Source of the DNA: Vicinamibacteria bacterium
Lineage (GTDB): Bacteria; Acidobacteriota; Vicinamibacteria; Marinacidobacterales; Marinacidobacteraceae
DNA length: 64,000 nucleotides
Direction: 5' to 3'
Assembly (NCBI GenBank): GCA_963555995.3
Contig: OY821641.1
Span: 2,174,867-2,238,866, forward strand
Position 1 is the first letter of the stretch; each line of letters begins with the position of its first letter. The notes beneath the pieces were generated by a model. The model was not told where the DNA came from and ran no database searches. It worked only from the letters and a program-made list of their open reading frames with translations. Of the stretch, positions 18,516 to 27,361 are shown piece by piece. The position numbers were made by a program, and so were the translations under genes.

Positions 18516-18860
18516 ATGCATCAGGACGACAGGTTCGAGCTCTACGACCTGCGGGTGGAGGTGGTGGCCGGCGAGCGCCCGATGGTCTGCAACCACCGGG
18601 AAGGGGACTCCTTCGAACTCCGGGGCGAGAACCTGTCCTTCCCGGCGGGGCAGAGCTTCCCGCTCTACCCCCTGGCGGCGCTCCTGCCGCTGCTTCCGGC
18701 CAAGCAGCGCCGGACCCATCCCAACGACTGGATGACCTCCGACGCCGAGATCGCCTGTCCGGATCCCCACTGTGGCGCCCGCTTCCGCATCACCCGCACC
18801 GGCACCTCGGTCTTCCGCCACAGCGAGGTCACGCGCGTTCCCCTCACCCGGCCGCGGTGA
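18516..18860 (+). CDS. TIGR04076-family small Cys/His protein
   Basis: 114 aa from ATG 18516: MHQDDRFELYDLRVEVVAGERPMVCNHREGDSFEL...ACPDPHCGARFRITR. Recognised by eye from the C..H..GD.F ... CPD....F.I.R pattern. The longer track ORF (17346..) is antisense to nhaC. Confidence 0.6.
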   Translation: MHQDDRFELYDLRVEVVAGERPMVCNHREGDSFELRGENLSFPAGQSFPLYPLAALLPLLPAKQRRTHPNDWMTSDAEIACPDPHCGARFRITRTGTSVFRHSEVTRVPLTRPR

Positions 18861-19876
18861 CCTTGCCGCTGCCGGCCAGCGGGCTGGTACGCGGCTGTTG
18901 GCAGTTGTCGCGAGGGCATGGGCCCGAGTGGAGCCGGGAGCGCGCCTTCGCCGCTCTCGACGAGGCCGCGGCGCGGCCGGGGCCGCTCTTCCTTGACTGC
19001 GCCGACATCTACACGGGCGCGGAGCAGCTCCTCGGCGACTGGTTGGCGGCCCGGCCCGCGTCCGCCGGGCAGGTGGTCGTGTTCACCAAGTTCGTACCGG
19101 ATCTGGACGCGCTGGCCACCATGGACCGGAACACCGCGCGCGACAGCGTCCTCAGGTCCCGGGACCGGCTCGGCGTGGAGGCGCTGGAGCTGGTCCAGTT
19201 CGCCTGGTGGGACCTCTCCCAGCCGGGGTGGCTGCGCGCGGCGGAGTGGCTGACGGAGCTCCGCGAAGAGGGGGTGGTGCGGAACATCGGGGTGACCAAC
19301 TTCGACCGCGGCGCCCTCACGGCTCTCCTGGACGCGGGAATTCCGGTGGTCTCGAACCAGGTCCAGTTCTCGCTGCTGGACCGGCGGCCGAAGAAGGGCA
19401 TGACGGACCTGTGTCTCCGGCGCGGCGTGACCCTGCTCGCCTACGGGGCGCTCGCGGGCGGCCTGCTCTCGGATGCGGCGGGCGCTCTGGCGCCGTCGCG
19501 CTCGCTCGTCAAGTACCGCCTCATCGCCGACGAGGTGGGGGGCCGCGCGGTGCTGGAGCGGGCGCGCGCCGCGCTCGCGGAGGTAGCCGGCCGGCACGGT
19601 TCCATCGTGGCCGACGTCGCGGTGGCGTATGCGCTTCGCCAGCCCGCCGTCGGCGCGGTGATCGTCGGGCTGAGCCGCAGGGGCCGGGCGGTGGACGCGC
19701 GGCGCCTGCGCCTCGAACCGGACGACGAGCGGCGGCTGGAGGCGGCGGTTCCCGACACGGTGCCGGGCGAGGTCTTCGAGATCGAGCGCGACCGCGACGG
19801 CCCGCACGGCCGCATCATGAGATACAACCTCAACCGGGAAGGTCCCGGGCGGGTACGGGGAGAATCGGAGCGCTAG
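18857..19876 (+). CDS. Aldo/keto reductase
   Basis: GTG 18857 overlaps the preceding stop (GTGA). LDCADIYTGAEQLLG...IGVTNFD...VSNQVQFSLLDRRP...LLAYGALAGG is AKR-like. Confidence 0.8.
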   Translation: MTLPLPASGLVRGCWQLSRGHGPEWSRERAFAALDEAAARPGPLFLDCADIYTGAEQLLGDWLAARPASAGQVVVFTKFVPDLDALATMDRNTARDSVLRSRDRLGVEALELVQFAWWDLSQPGWLRAAEWLTELREEGVVRNIGVTNFDRGALTALLDAGIPVVSNQVQFSLLDRRPKKGMTDLCLRRGVTLLAYGALAGGLLSDAAGALAPSRSLVKYRLIADEVGGRAVLERARAALAEVAGRHGSIVADVAVAYALRQPAVGAVIVGLSRRGRAVDARRLRLEPDDERRLEAAVPDTVPGEVFEIERDRDGPHGRIMRYNLNREGPGRVRGESER

Positions 19877-21129
19877 TCGGAGCCCGGCGCCGGTTGCTCT
19901 CGAGCATCCACCAGCGGGCGCGCTTCGTCGGGGATCGTCCCGGAGGGGACCACCTCCACGGCCGGCCGGATCTTCACCGCGTCCCGGATGCGCCCGGCCA
20001 GTTCGGCGGCGGCGATCGCACGGCCGGCCGCCGCCTCGACCCGCACGGTGAAGACGTCCCGCGCCCCCTCGGCGGACACCACCGCCTGGTAGCGCGCCAC
20101 GGCGGGATCGGGTCCGAGCGCCGCGGCCAACTCGCGCGGGTGCACGAACATTCCGCGCACCTTCACCCCCTCGCCCACCCTGCCGAGGAAGCCTGCCAGA
20201 CGGGGGCCGGGGCAGCCGCGCGGGCACGGCGCGCGATTCCAGGCGGAGAGGTCGCCGGTGCCGAAGCGCACCAGCGGATAGACCTCGTTCGGGCTGGTGA
20301 CCACCACCTGCCCCGCCTCTCCCTCGGGGGCCGGGCGGTCGTCTCCGCGCAGAAGCACCTCGACCACCACCTCCGGGGCGACGTGCCAGCCGTCCTTTCC
20401 GCCGCACTCGTACCCGATCAGTCCCGTGTCGGCGGCCGCGTAGGCTTGGAAGACATCCACCCCGAAGCCGTCCTGGAGGCGGGCGCGCAACGACGGCGGC
20501 AGCGGCGCGCCGGACACCAGCGCGCGCCCGAACCGAAGCGGCGAACCCGATTCCTCCGCCCGCTCGAGCAGGGTCAGGAGGAACTGGGGGGTGCCGGCGT
20601 ACCCGGTCGCACCGGCGGCGCGGGCGGCCTCGATCTGGGCGGCGGCCGGGCTCACGCCTCCCGCAATCACTCCGCACCCGGCGGCGCGCAGCCCCGCGTC
20701 CAGCATGAAACCGCCCGGCGTCAGGTGGTACGAGAAGCTGTTGAGCACCACCTCGCCGGAGCGGAAGCCGGCGGCCCGCACCGCCGTGCCCAGGCGCCAG
20801 AAATCCTCGCCGGTCCCCTGCGGGTCGTTGATCGGCCCCGGCGAGCGGTGGATGCGGGCGAGCGATCCGGCGGACACCGCGAGCATCCCCGCGAAGGGCG
20901 GATCGGCGGCCTGCAGCGCGGGCAGCTCGTCCTTGGCCAGCACTGGAATCGCCTCCAGATCGGCGACGCCGCGTACGTCGCCCGGCAGAACCCCGGCCCG
21001 CGCGAGCCGCCGTCCGATCTCGGCGCTGTGCTCCGCCCCATAGGAGACGGCGCGGGCCGCGACCCGGTCCTGTTGCGCGTTCCAGTCCGTGGCCGCCCGC
21101 GGCGTCCGCCCTCCCCTCAAGACAGCCAC
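19873..21129 (-). CDS. Phenylacetate-CoA ligase-like (PaaK family) adenylate-forming enzyme
   Basis: 418 aa. LPVLAKDEL...SPGPINDP...YAGTPQFLLTLL...RFGTGDLS...VKVRGMFVHP is PaaK-like. It is the last gene of the Liv-like operon. Confidence 0.8.
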   Translation of the reverse strand: MAVLRGGRTPRAATDWNAQQDRVAARAVSYGAEHSAEIGRRLARAGVLPGDVRGVADLEAIPVLAKDELPALQAADPPFAGMLAVSAGSLARIHRSPGPINDPQGTGEDFWRLGTAVRAAGFRSGEVVLNSFSYHLTPGGFMLDAGLRAAGCGVIAGGVSPAAAQIEAARAAGATGYAGTPQFLLTLLERAEESGSPLRFGRALVSGAPLPPSLRARLQDGFGVDVFQAYAAADTGLIGYECGGKDGWHVAPEVVVEVLLRGDDRPAPEGEAGQVVVTSPNEVYPLVRFGTGDLSAWNRAPCPRGCPGPRLAGFLGRVGEGVKVRGMFVHPRELAAALGPDPAVARYQAVVSAEGARDVFTVRVEAAAGRAIAAAELAGRIRDAVKIRPAVEVVPSGTIPDEARPLVDAREQPAPGSD

Positions 21130-21932
21130 CGCTTCCGCCGCCGGTAGTGCTTCACGTCCCGGTACGACCGGCGCCCGCCGTCCCCCAGCCCCAGATAGAA
21201 CTCCTTGACGTCCTCGTTGGCCGCGAGCTCCTCCGCGGCGCCTTCGAGCACCACCCGTCCCCGCTCCATGATGTACCCGTGGTCGGCGACCGACAGGGCG
21301 ATGCGGGCGTTCTGCTCCACCAGCAGGATCGTGGCGCCCTCATCGCGGTTGATGCGCCGCAGCGCCCCGAAGATGGTCTCCACCAGCCTCGGGGCCAGCC
21401 CGAGCGACGGCTCGTCGAGCAGCATCAGCCGCGGCGAGGCCATCAGCGCCCGGCCCAGCGCCAGCATCTGCTGCTCGCCGCCCGACAGGTAGCCCGCGAG
21501 CTGTCCCCGCCGCTCCGCCAGCGCCGGGAAGTAGCCGTACACCTTCTCCGTTTCCGCTTCGAGGCCGCGCCGGCTACCGCGCGTGTGACCCCCCGCGAGC
21601 AGGTTCTCGCGCACGGTCAGGTGCTCGAAGACCCGCCGGCCCTCCAGCACCTGGAAGATGCCCTTCTCGACGATGCGGTGGGCGTCCATCCCCTGGATCT
21701 CCTCGCCGTCGAAGACGATGGTCCCGTCGCGGACCTCGCCGTCCTCCACGTACAGCAAACCGGAGGTGGCCTTGAGCGTGGTGGTCTTGCCGGCGCCGTT
21801 CGACCCCAGGAGCGCCGCGATCTGTCCCTCGGCCACCTCGAGCGACAACCCCCGCAGCACGAGGATCACGTCGTCGTAGAGCACCTCGATGTTGTTGAGG
21901 CTCAGGAGCGGCGGGGCCTCCGCGCCCATCAT
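21117..21932 (-). CDS. Branched-chain-type ABC transporter ATP-binding protein (LivF-like)
   Basis: Walker A GSNGAGKTTTLKA, signature LSGGEQQML and Walker B LMLLDEPSLGL. Confidence 0.9.
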   Translation of the reverse strand: MMGAEAPPLLSLNNIEVLYDDVILVLRGLSLEVAEGQIAALLGSNGAGKTTTLKATSGLLYVEDGEVRDGTIVFDGEEIQGMDAHRIVEKGIFQVLEGRRVFEHLTVRENLLAGGHTRGSRRGLEAETEKVYGYFPALAERRGQLAGYLSGGEQQMLALGRALMASPRLMLLDEPSLGLAPRLVETIFGALRRINRDEGATILLVEQNARIALSVADHGYIMERGRVVLEGAAEELAANEDVKEFYLGLGDGGRRSYRDVKHYRRRKRWLS

Positions 21933-21942
21933 CGCGGTCTCC

Positions 21943-23157
21943 TCACCACTCCGGCGCCTGGACGAAGTCGGTGAACGGCGCCCATGCGCCGCCCTCGACC
22001 CGGAAGATGCGGAGTCCCTTCGAGCCGCGGTGGTCCGTGGGTGTGAAGGTCACGGGCGCGGTGACGCCGCCCAGGTCGTAGTCGGTGAACGTCTCCAGGG
22101 CGGCCTTGATGTTCGCGCCGGTGAGCTCCCCGCCGGCCGCGAGCACCCGCCGCATGCCCTCGGCGAACGCCGCAAAGGTCCACCACCCCTGGGTATAGGC
22201 GTTGGTCTTCCCCTCGGGCGACTCGCCCCGCGCCTCCAGGTATTCCCGGATGACGCGCGTCCCGGACACGTCCACGCTCAGGGGCGCGTAGGGCATGGTC
22301 CCCATCAGACCCTCGGCGGCCTCGCCGGCCAACCGGATCACCTGGGCGTTCGAACACCAGTTCAGACAGAAGAAGGTGACGTCCAGCCCCAGGCTCCGCG
22401 CGTTCGCGAGCGCCACCGCCGCCGGCCCCGAAGTGTTCTGGAAGACGACGTACTGCGCGCCGCTCTGGCGGATGCGCGCGAACTCGGCGGTGAAGTCCAC
22501 CGCCCCCCGGGGCATTTCGTAGAGGGTCAGGTCCATCCCCCGCGCCTCCGCGAACTCGACCCCGCCCTGCCGGGCCGGCGACAGCCCGAAGGGACTCGCG
22601 TTGTGCATCAGCGCGACGACGGGCGTCCCCTCGCCGTGGTTCTCGGCGATCCAGTCGAGGGCGATGCGGAACTGGTCGCTGTAGGTCGTCGCCAGCAGGA
22701 AGTTGTAGGGCGCCTCCGCCGGATCGCCCAGGCGATGCGAGAGCGACGCGGAGCTGAACGGGATCTCGTCCTCGGCGATCCGCAGGCGCAGCGCCTCGGT
22801 GTCGCCGGTGCCCCAGCCCATGAAGATCACCGCCCCCTCGCCGACGAACTGGGTGTAGAGCTGCTCGGCGCGGTCCACCTGGTAGCCGTAGTCCTGGTAG
22901 ATGAGCTGGATCGGGCGCCCCTCGATGCCGCCCCGGCCGTTGATCCAGTCGGCGAACCCGCGCACGCCGTCGCCGTAGTCGGTTCCGACGTCGGCGGTGG
23001 GTCCGGTGAGGTCGAAGATCGCGCCGACCTTGATGCGGTTGTCGTCCGGGTCGGGGTCCCCGCCGCCACAGCCGGCGCCCAGCAGCACGGTGAAGCCGAG
23101 CATGACCGCGCGCAGAGCCGCCACCCGGCGATTCCGTATTCGTGTCGTGTCACTCAT
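21943..23157 (-). CDS. ABC transporter substrate-binding lipoprotein (LivK/Peripla_BP_6-like)
   Basis: Start at ATG 23157 (MSDTTRIRNRRVAALRAVMLGFTVLLGAGCGGG, lipobox). IKVGAIFDLTGPTADVG...GGIEGRPIQLIYQD is typical of this family. The upstream part of the track ORF lies in a REP element and is rejected. Confidence 0.85.
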   Translation of the reverse strand: MSDTTRIRNRRVAALRAVMLGFTVLLGAGCGGGDPDPDDNRIKVGAIFDLTGPTADVGTDYGDGVRGFADWINGRGGIEGRPIQLIYQDYGYQVDRAEQLYTQFVGEGAVIFMGWGTGDTEALRLRIAEDEIPFSSASLSHRLGDPAEAPYNFLLATTYSDQFRIALDWIAENHGEGTPVVALMHNASPFGLSPARQGGVEFAEARGMDLTLYEMPRGAVDFTAEFARIRQSGAQYVVFQNTSGPAAVALANARSLGLDVTFFCLNWCSNAQVIRLAGEAAEGLMGTMPYAPLSVDVSGTRVIREYLEARGESPEGKTNAYTQGWWTFAAFAEGMRRVLAAGGELTGANIKAALETFTDYDLGGVTAPVTFTPTDHRGSKGLRIFRVEGGAWAPFTDFVQAPEW

Positions 23158-23184
23158 CTTGTTCTTCCTTTGACAGCGATCGTC

Positions 23185-23440
23185 CGCCGGCAAACCCCGC
23201 CGGTCATGAAAGCGGCAGAAACGGCCTGGAGCGCCGGCTTCAGCCGGCACCGCGGGCCGAAGGCCCGCGGATGTCGTGCCGCTGTTCGCGGTCGTGGACC
23301 AGGAGCAGGGCGCCATCGCGGGGGCGGCGTCGTGCCGTCCGCTGCGCTTCGCGCAGCGGGTGCCGGCTGAAGCCGGCGCTCCAAGCCGGCGGCGTCGTCA
23401 CGACTGTTGGAGAACACGCGAGACTGCATTTTCACATCAG
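23185..23440 (-). repeat. Single copy of the ~260-280 bp composite REP/MITE-like element (opposite orientation to the 4926-6331 array)
   Basis: It contains CCGCCGGTCATGAAAGCGGCAGAAACGG, a reverse module (GGAGCGCCGGCTTCAGCCGGCAC CGCGGGCCGAAGGCCCGCG), a spacer, a forward module (GCTGCGCTTCGCGCAGC GGGTGCCGGCTGAAGCCGGCGCTCCAAGCCG) and ACTGCATTTTCACA, the reverse complement of the array motif TGTGAAAATGCAGT. Confidence 0.85.
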
Positions 23441-23485
23441 CCGGGCCGCGTGGGGCTTGCGGCAGGCTGTTGGTCATCGCGCTCT

Positions 23486-24559
23486 TCACCGGGCCCGGCT
23501 CTCGCCGCGACGGTATGCGAACGGCCACACGTGAAAGTAGTTCTTCGCGTTCTCCCAGAGCTTGGACAGGCCGCGCGGCTCGAAGATCAGGAAGAGGATG
23601 ATGACGATCCCGAACACCGCCTGCTGCGCGTAGGGAAGGATTGACGCCGCCTGGGGCGCGGTGTCCTGGATGGCCCGGCCCAGGTTCGTGATCAGCGCCG
23701 GGAGCAGCGTGATGAGCGCGGCCCCGAGGAACGACCCCCGGATCGAGCCCAGGCCCCCCACGATGATCATCGCCAGGAAGACGATGCTCGTGCTCAGCGT
23801 GAAGCGCTCCCAGGTGATGATGTTGCGGTGGAAGGCGATCATCGCGCCAGCGAGCCCCACGAAGAACGACGACGTCGCGAAGGCCAGCAGCTTGGTGCGG
23901 AAGACGTCCACCCCGATGACGCTCGCCGCGATGTCCTGGTCGCGCACCGCCTCGAAGGCGCGTCCGATGCGGCTCCGCATCAGGTTGGCCGCGAAGAGCG
24001 CGGTCCCGGCCGCGGTGAGCACCGCGAGCCAATAGAAGCTGAAGTTGGTGTTCATCCGCACGCCGAAGAGAACCGGCGCGGGCAGCACGATCGCCTCGGT
24101 GCCGCCCGTCACCGCGGTCCAGTGGGTCATTCCCCACTCCACGATCTCCTGGGCCGCCAGCGTGGCGATGGCGAGGTAGAGCCCCTTGAGCCGGAGCGAC
24201 GGGAGCCCGAAGAAGGCGCCCGCGGCGGCGGTGACGAGGCAGGCGGCGAAGACGCTCGCGCCCCAGGGGACACCGAAGTTCAGGGTCAGGAGACCCGCGG
24301 TGTAGGCCCCGATCGCCATGAAGGCGCCCTGCCCCAGGGAGATCTGTCCGGTGTAGCCCACGAGGATGTTCAGGCCGATGGCTCCCACGGTGGCGATGGC
24401 CACCTGGTTCGCCAGGTCCAGCCAGTAGGGGCTGGCCACGAAGGGAAACACGAGCGCGAAGAGGGCGAAGATTCCCAGCCGGAGGCGCTGGAGGGGCCGC
24501 GGACGGAGCCCCATGTCCGACTCGTAGCGCGTGTGGAAGACGCCGCAGTCCAGGCTCAT
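23486..24559 (-). CDS. Branched-chain-type ABC transporter permease (LivM-like)
   Basis: 357 aa, polytopic. LNILVGYTGQISLGQGAFMAIGAY is the LivM hallmark. Confidence 0.9.
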   Translation of the reverse strand: MSLDCGVFHTRYESDMGLRPRPLQRLRLGIFALFALVFPFVASPYWLDLANQVAIATVGAIGLNILVGYTGQISLGQGAFMAIGAYTAGLLTLNFGVPWGASVFAACLVTAAAGAFFGLPSLRLKGLYLAIATLAAQEIVEWGMTHWTAVTGGTEAIVLPAPVLFGVRMNTNFSFYWLAVLTAAGTALFAANLMRSRIGRAFEAVRDQDIAASVIGVDVFRTKLLAFATSSFFVGLAGAMIAFHRNIITWERFTLSTSIVFLAMIIVGGLGSIRGSFLGAALITLLPALITNLGRAIQDTAPQAASILPYAQQAVFGIVIILFLIFEPRGLSKLWENAKNYFHVWPFAYRRGESRAR

Positions 24560-24578
24560 CGGGGATTCCTCGCCGTCC

Positions 24579-25451
24579 TCATACCCGTTCGATGACCTCC
24601 TTCCCGAAGAGGCCGTAGGGCCGGACCATGAGCATCAGGACGAGGACCACGTACGGGACCACCAGGTTGAGCCCGTGCCCCACGTAGAAGCCGACATAGA
24701 CCTCGAGCAGCCCGATGACGGCGCCCCCGATGACCGCTCCGCCGATCGAGTCCAGCCCGCCCAGGATCACCACCGGAAAGACCCGGAGACCGATGGACGC
24801 CACGTTGGGGCTCACGCCGACGATCCCCGCGAGCATGATGCCGCCGAGCGCGGCGGACACCGCCGCCAGTCCCCAGGCGACGCCGAAGACCCGCGGAATG
24901 CTGATCCCCATGCTGAGCGCCGCCTGCTGGTCGTCGGCGATGGCGCGCATGGCGATGCCGTCCCGGGTGTGGCGGAAGAAGAGCCCCAGCCCCGCCAGCA
25001 CCGCGAGGGCGATGGGAATGGACAGCACCCGCGCCGCCGAGAGCGTCACCGGCCCCAGCGCGATGTCACCGGCCGGCAGGAACGAGTCGAACGAGCGCGG
25101 ATTCGGGCCCCAGAGGGCGCCCGTGACCCCTCGGAGCACGGACGAGAGCCCGATCGTCACCATGATCATGGAGATGATGGGCTCGCCCACCAGCGGACGC
25201 AGCACCAGCCGCTCGACGGCGAGCGCCACCACGACCGCGAGGAGCAGCGTCACCCCGACCCCGAGGCTCCAGGGCAGGCCGACCTGGGCCACCCCGAAGA
25301 AGATCAGGTAGGTCCCCAGCAGGAGCAGGTCTCCCTGCGCGAAGTTGATGACGTCGCTGGCCTTGTAGATGACCACGAAGCCGGCCGCCGCCAGCGCGTA
25401 GATCATCCCGGTGCTGAGTCCGGAGACGGTCAACTGGAGGAAGATGTCCAT
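24579..25451 (-). CDS. Branched-chain-type ABC transporter permease (LivH-like)
   Basis: Start at ATG 25451: MDIFLQLTVSGLSTGMIYALAAAGFVVIYKASDVINFAQG, a canonical LivH N-terminus. Confidence 0.9.
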   Translation of the reverse strand: MDIFLQLTVSGLSTGMIYALAAAGFVVIYKASDVINFAQGDLLLLGTYLIFFGVAQVGLPWSLGVGVTLLLAVVVALAVERLVLRPLVGEPIISMIMVTIGLSSVLRGVTGALWGPNPRSFDSFLPAGDIALGPVTLSAARVLSIPIALAVLAGLGLFFRHTRDGIAMRAIADDQQAALSMGISIPRVFGVAWGLAAVSAALGGIMLAGIVGVSPNVASIGLRVFPVVILGGLDSIGGAVIGGAVIGLLEVYVGFYVGHGLNLVVPYVVLVLMLMVRPYGLFGKEVIERV

Positions 25452-25453
25452 CT

Positions 25454-27361
25454 TCAGCCGGTCACCCGCCCGCCCATCGTCTCGATGCGGAGCCGGTGCT
25501 CCACCGCCGCCGTGCGGCCGTCCTGGTAGGTGATCTCGGTCGCCACCGCGACCGAGTCGCCGTCTCCCTGGAGGGCGGCCACGATCTCCCGGAAGCGGCC
25601 GGCGATGTGGCGGCGCCGCACCTTGCGGGTGCGGGTCAGCTCCGCGTCGTCCGCGTGCAGCTCCTTGTAGAGGAGCAGGAAGCGGTGGATGCGCGCCGCG
25701 GGCAAGAGTTCCCCGTTGACCTCGTCCACGTGTTCGCGCACCAGGCGGTACACCTCGGGGCGGCGGGCGAGGTCGGTGAAGGTCGTGTAGGGAATGCGGC
25801 GGCGCTCCGCCCACTGTCCGGCGTTCTCCAGATCAACGGCGATCATCGCGGTCACGAACGGGGCCCCCGATCCCCCGAAGACCACCGCCTCGCCGATATA
25901 GGGGCTGAACTTGAGCTTGTTCTCGACGAACTGCGGCGAGAAGTTGGTCCCGTCCGCGAGCTTCATCACGTCGGCCAGACGATCGATCACCACCAGGTGG
26001 CCGCCGTCCTCGAAGTAGCCGGCGTCGCCCGAGCGCAGCCAGCCGTCCTCGAGCGCCTCCGCCGTCGCCACCGGGTTCCGGAAGTAGCCCTGGAACACCG
26101 CGGGGCTCCGGCAGAGGATCTCCCCCTCGTCCGAAATGCGGATCTCGGTGCGGGGCAGCGGCACGCCCACCGTCTGGAAACGGATGTCTCCGTCCCGGTG
26201 CACCACCGAGATCCCGGACACCTCGGTCTGGCCGTAGAGCTGCTTCAGGTTCACCCCGATGGCGTGGTAGAAGCGAAAGACATCGGGGCCGAGCGCGGCG
26301 CCGCCGGTATAGGCCCGCCGCACCCGGGCGAGGCCCAACTGGTCGCGGATCGGACGGAACACCGTCCAGTCGGCCAGCCGGTGGGCGACCCGCCGGACGA
26401 AGCCGACCTCCCGGCCCTGGAAGCGCGCCTCGGCGCGGGCGGCGCCCTGCCGCATCGCCCAGCGGTAGATCCGGCGCTTGAGGCGGGTGGTGTCCTCGGC
26501 CATGACCTGCACGTCCGAAACCATGTTCTCCCAGATCCGGGGCGGCGACATGAGGAACGCCGGCCCGATCTCCCGCGTGTCCTGGCGCGCGGTGGCCGTC
26601 TCCTCGGGGAAGTTCACCGTGAACCCCGCGAGCAGGCCGCTCGCCACCCCCACCATCTGCTCGCCGATCCACGCGAGCGGCAGGAACGACACGAACTCGT
26701 CGTCCGGGTACATCGCATCCACGCCCTGTAGTTGTGACGCCATGGCGAGCAGGTTCGCGTGCGAGAGCATCGCCAGCTTCGGGACGCTCGTGGTCCCGGA
26801 GGTGGTGCAGAGCAGCGCGGTGTCGCCGGGCCGGACCGCGGCCAGCCGGCGGTCGAACTCTCCGGGCGAGCGGGCATGCAGCGCGTTGCCGAGCGCCTCG
26901 ACCTCCTCGAAGGACATCAGCCCCGGCGCCTCGTAGCCGACCAGGCCGCGCCGGTCGTAATAGACGATGTGCTCCAACCCGGGCAACCGTTCCCGCACCT
27001 CCAGCACCTTGTCCACCTGCTCCTGGTCCTCCGCCACGACGACGCGCGCCTCGGCGGCCTCCAGGATGCGGGCGAGTTCGTCGGCGATGGCGTCCTGATA
27101 GAGCCCCAGGGGGAGAACGCCGGCGGTCTGGGACGCCAGCTCCGCGATGACCCACTCCGGCCGGTTGTCCCCGACGATCGCCAACCGGTCGCCCGCCTGC
27201 ACCCCCAACTCCGTCAGCCCGAGCGAGAAACGCCGCACCCGCGCCAGGTACTCCGCCCAGGGGATCTCCTGCCAGATCCCGAACTCCTTCTCGCGGAGCG
27301 CCACGCCCTCCGGACGGTTTGCCGCGTGGTCCGCGAGAAGGGCCGGCAGGGTCGCGATCAT
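25454..27361 (-). CDS. AMP-dependent (long-chain-type) acyl-CoA synthetase
   Basis: 635 aa. It has the AMP-binding motif LCTTSGTTSVPKLAM and the LYGQTE and GWLRSGDAG blocks. It is embedded between LivG-like and LivH-like genes, with an ATGA overlap with the upstream gene. Confidence 0.85.
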   Translation of the reverse strand: MIATLPALLADHAANRPEGVALREKEFGIWQEIPWAEYLARVRRFSLGLTELGVQAGDRLAIVGDNRPEWVIAELASQTAGVLPLGLYQDAIADELARILEAAEARVVVAEDQEQVDKVLEVRERLPGLEHIVYYDRRGLVGYEAPGLMSFEEVEALGNALHARSPGEFDRRLAAVRPGDTALLCTTSGTTSVPKLAMLSHANLLAMASQLQGVDAMYPDDEFVSFLPLAWIGEQMVGVASGLLAGFTVNFPEETATARQDTREIGPAFLMSPPRIWENMVSDVQVMAEDTTRLKRRIYRWAMRQGAARAEARFQGREVGFVRRVAHRLADWTVFRPIRDQLGLARVRRAYTGGAALGPDVFRFYHAIGVNLKQLYGQTEVSGISVVHRDGDIRFQTVGVPLPRTEIRISDEGEILCRSPAVFQGYFRNPVATAEALEDGWLRSGDAGYFEDGGHLVVIDRLADVMKLADGTNFSPQFVENKLKFSPYIGEAVVFGGSGAPFVTAMIAVDLENAGQWAERRRIPYTTFTDLARRPEVYRLVREHVDEVNGELLPAARIHRFLLLYKELHADDAELTRTRKVRRRHIAGRFREIVAALQGDGDSVAVATEITYQDGRTAAVEHRLRIETMGGRVTG

